From Nitrospinales bacterium (GTDB lineage: Bacteria; Nitrospinota; Nitrospinia; Nitrospinales; VA-1): 64,000 nucleotides of DNA. The notes below the pieces were generated by a model. It did no database searches. It saw only the letters and a program-made list of their open reading frames with translations, and had not been told where the DNA came from. Positions 61,434 through 64,000 of this stretch are shown here, in pieces. Made by a program: the position numbers and the translations under genes. Within the stretch, counting starts at the first letter, position 1. Every line of letters begins with the position of its first letter. The stretch spans positions 160,001 to 224,000 of the forward strand of contig OZ253496.1 of assembly GCA_965262115.1 (NCBI GenBank). Direction: 5' to 3'.

Positions 61434-62303
61434 CTACGGCTCAAGGTTCATACAGCCGGTGAAGACCGACTGGCATTGCCCACCCACACGAATTTTTTGA
61501 ATTTCCTGTTTTGACACCTCCACATAGATCAATGAAGGACGTTGCATTTCATATCCCTGCTCAATGACCATAGTGATCTTCTCGTTATTATCTAGACTTG
61601 CCCAATAAGCGCCCATGGCCCCCGCTACACTTCCTGTCGCCGGGTCTTCTGGAATGCCACACCCCGGAGCAAAGGCGCGGACATGAACCGTGTTTTTCGC
61701 ATTGAGAGTTTCCCGGCAGAAGGGATAAATCATATCGATTCCCAGTGCTTCTAATACCTCATTTAAAATCTGGATATTAATATTTATACATTTGATTTTA
61801 TTGATAGAAATGATCGGAACTATCAGGGCTGGAAAGCCCGTTGAGACGACTTGTACTGGAAACTTTTTGTCCAAGTCGTTGAGAGTAAGGCCTAGTGTCT
61901 GGGCAATTTTCTCGGATCGATCCAGTTCATGCAGGGTTTTGGCTGGCGGGTGTTGCATGAAACTCTTGTCCTTTTCCTCCCATACAGAAATTATTCCAGC
62001 CTTGAACTTTAATCGAAGTGGATTTGCAGTCACCGCGCCGTTCTTTCTCAGAACGAATGCGGTGCCGAGGGTAGGGTGGCCGGCAAAGGGAATTTCCCGT
62101 GTCGGGGTAAAGATGCGCACGTCGAAGTCCGCCTCATCCGTCGAAGGAGGATAAACAAAAGTGGTCTCGGACAAATTCATCTCCCGCGCCACTTTTTGCA
62201 AATCCTCTTCCTTAAAGTTCTGGCAGTCGGTGAAAACAGCTAAAGGATTGCCACCAAAAATGTGGTCGGTAAAAACATCGACCTGATAAAAAGGGATTTC
62301 CAC
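61434..62303 (-). CDS. PhzF-family isomerase
   Basis: VDVFT..GGNP, NLSET, PFAGHPT and EDPATGS motifs. Confidence 0.93.
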   Translation of the reverse strand: MEIPFYQVDVFTDHIFGGNPLAVFTDCQNFKEEDLQKVAREMNLSETTFVYPPSTDEADFDVRIFTPTREIPFAGHPTLGTAFVLRKNGAVTANPLRLKFKAGIISVWEEKDKSFMQHPPAKTLHELDRSEKIAQTLGLTLNDLDKKFPVQVVSTGFPALIVPIISINKIKCININIQILNEVLEALGIDMIYPFCRETLNAKNTVHVRAFAPGCGIPEDPATGSVAGAMGAYWASLDNNEKITMVIEQGYEMQRPSLIYVEVSKQEIQKIRVGGQCQSVFTGCMNLEP

Positions 62304-62330
62304 TTCGTTTGCCTGCGGAGACTCTCCGCT

Positions 62331-62597
62331 TCAAGAAAGGTTTTTATTGATCCAGGATTTCAACACATACAGCGCCTAGGGCCTCGGCCATGAAACCCGG
62401 CCGGAAAGAAAATCACTCCACACTTTTTCCACCGCCTGTTGGGTTACCAGACCTTCGAGTTGTTGTAGCGGGGATAATAACACGGACTCGATCTCAGGCC
62501 GCAGGGTACCGCGCATCCATATCTCGAAGGGGAAGGTGAATCCCATCTTCTTTCGGCACCAGACATTTTCCGGTAGCAAGGATTTCATCGGGGCCAT
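62331..62597 (-). pseudogene. Asparagine synthase (AsnB-like) C-terminal fragment with internal TAG
   Basis: RKKMGFTFPFEIW...WPRP*ALYVLKSW. Confidence 0.7.
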
Positions 62598-62799
62598 GAG
62601 TGTTTCCGATGTTGTGACCGGAACTCATCTTAGTTGAGCAAGTTTATGAAGTTGTGCGTGCGAGAATTTTAAAAAGCAGGTGTATTAATTGTGGTAACTT
62701 TGATATTTCAGGAAATAATTAGATTCCTATAACATACCAAATTTCTTGAGGATTAAGGGTTTATCGCCCGTCTACCCCTTCGGAGCACGAAAGTTGTGA

Positions 62800-62946
62800 A
62801 TGATGTCTAATAAAAACGGGAATGTTAAATGGCCTCATTTCATAACGACCATTATCGGCTTGATACTAATTATAATCACCTACAGCGTATCAAAATCGGA
62901 GTTTTCCCAGTTTGAAAAACGACTTGATGAAAACATGGCCCGATAA
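62800..62946 (+). CDS. 48-aa single-TM peptide
   Basis: MMSNKNGNVKWPHFITTIIGLILIIITYSVSKSEFSQFEKRLDENMAR. Confidence 0.35.
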   Translation: MMSNKNGNVKWPHFITTIIGLILIIITYSVSKSEFSQFEKRLDENMAR

Positions 62947-63115
62947 AATGCCTTTCAGTCGGTTGGTTGATTAGTGAAACCCGCAAAATGAAAGCCTTAG
63001 CCCCTAATATTGGTAATGTTGCCGCAACAAACCATCAAGCCTGTAGCATATTCAAATCCCAAAACGAAGCATTCTAGGCCAGACCAAGCTGAAAGAAGTG
63101 TGATGAAATTAATTA

Positions 63116-63382
63116 CTAAATCTTTCTACTAATTCCTTTGCGATTTCTTCTGCCGCCTCATTGACATTTTGGGACATAACATTATGAGCGATAGAGCCAT
63201 ACCCCACCCCACCCGGCTTGCCAGGAAACACCTGCCAATAATTCTCCTGTATATGTGCTGGATAATCTAGCACTTACAGAACTTGGTTTACCATCAGTCA
63301 TTAAAACTGACTTAACAGTTAAGTAACCATCAATATCAGAATCCTTTAAAATCCTAAGATTTTTTCTTCCTAAAAACTTCAA
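63116..63382 (-). pseudogene. AT-rich gene fragment, frameshifted
   Basis: ORF 63182..63382 continues in another frame as ..NVMSQNVNEAAEEIAKELVEKI*. Confidence 0.5.
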
Positions 63383-63399
63383 ATCTGCTAGGCTGCCTC

Positions 63400-63443
63400 A
63401 CCAAAGTCAAAAATGCAATGGCGGAAGCATTTTTGACTTTGGT
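63400..63443. repeat. Perfect 17-bp inverted repeat
   Basis: ACCAAAGTCAAAAATGC-N10-GCATTTTTGACTTTGGT. Confidence 0.9.
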
Positions 63444-63468
63444 TCCCATAATACATATTATGTCAACT
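63441..63468 (+). other. dif-like XerCD recombination site
   Basis: GGTTCCCATAA-TACATA-TTATGTCAACT versus E. coli dif GGTGCGCATAA-TGTATA-TTATGTTAAAT. Confidence 0.8.
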
Positions 63469-63549
63469 AAGAAAGGCCGGGCCTAAAAGGCAGTGTTTAA
63501 AGGGATTTATGGATGATTTTTAAGGAATTAAGGGCTATACCCTGCCAAA

Positions 63550-64000
63550 CTACTTTAAGGTATCCTTAACAGCTTGAGCGATGTGGTTGGCAGACAGACC
63601 GTATTTCTCGAAGAGCTCCGGTCCGGTTCCTGTTTCAGCGAACTGGTCTTTAACGGCGATGCGTTTGAAGGGTTTGGAAATCTGCGCGTCGAGCAGAACT
63701 TCGCCGACGGCGTCACCCAATCCGCCAATCAAATTATGATCCTCAGCCGTGATGACGGCTTTATGGCTGGATGCCATTTCTATAATGAGGTCGCGGTCAA
63801 TGGGTTTCAGCGTTGAAATATTCACCAGCGTGACTTTGTTTCCGTCGAGCATATCCATTGTTTTCAGGCTTTCCTGCACCATGATGCCGGTGGCAAAAAT
63901 AACCAGGTCAGAGCCTTTTTTCACCACCCTGCCCTTGCCGATCTCGAACTTATAGGAACTGTCAAAAATAGCTTTGACTTTAGGTCTTCCCAGGCGGAAA
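63550..64000 (-). CDS. Transketolase C-terminal subunit (5' part outside the window)
   Basis: TLKPID, TAEDH..GGLG and F.ETG..LFEKYGL motifs. Confidence 0.88.
   Translation of the reverse strand, partial: FRLGRPKVKAIFDSSYKFEIGKGRVVKKGSDLVIFATGIMVQESLKTMDMLDGNKVTLVNISTLKPIDRDLIIEMASSHKAVITAEDHNLIGGLGDAVGEVLLDAQISKPFKRIAVKDQFAETGTGPELFEKYGLSANHIAQAVKDTLK

Noticed and set aside
63400..63443. Terminator for the transketolase gene
   Set aside because: AT-rich stem with no following U-tract on either strand

Overview
Bacterial chromosomal window of moderate GC. The protein set reads like a marine Nitrospina-type (Nitrospinota) genome, possibly host-associated; this is an inference, not a search result. 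The core backbone includes pgk, rne, ftsEX-envC-ctpA-tsaD, larB, gpsA, aconitase, larC, tatC, rpiB-glyA-nrdR, ccsA-hemA-hemC, nadC, htrA, ubiE, transketolase, tRNA-Met(CAT) and tRNA-Gly(CCC). Accessory DNA interrupts it. (1) A complete IS110 element (29712-30911) has a non-coding left end containing a readable bridge RNA whose guides match its own flanking target (TTTACCC-CT-TCGGG) and donor junction (ACAGTTG-CT-TGTAT). (2) An AT-rich PHP/ATPase defence-like two-gene cassette is bracketed by two 11-8-11 palindromic sites (AATGTCCGCTT-N8-AAGCGGACATT), with no recombinase in the window; it is a candidate uncharacterised cassette system. (3) A modular structured intergenic repeat family is hit by both the IS110 and an IS5-type MITE. 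(4) A candidate metal-responsive operon has an operator, a His/Cys-rich PPPR leader, an OM barrel and TlpA. (5) A dif-like site abuts a perfect 17-bp hairpin and gene debris. (6) Two GC-rich, frameshifted adhesin/autotransporter genes are present, one preceded by a G19 tract. Many accessory genes are pseudogenised. All calls were made by eye from motifs, with no database searches.
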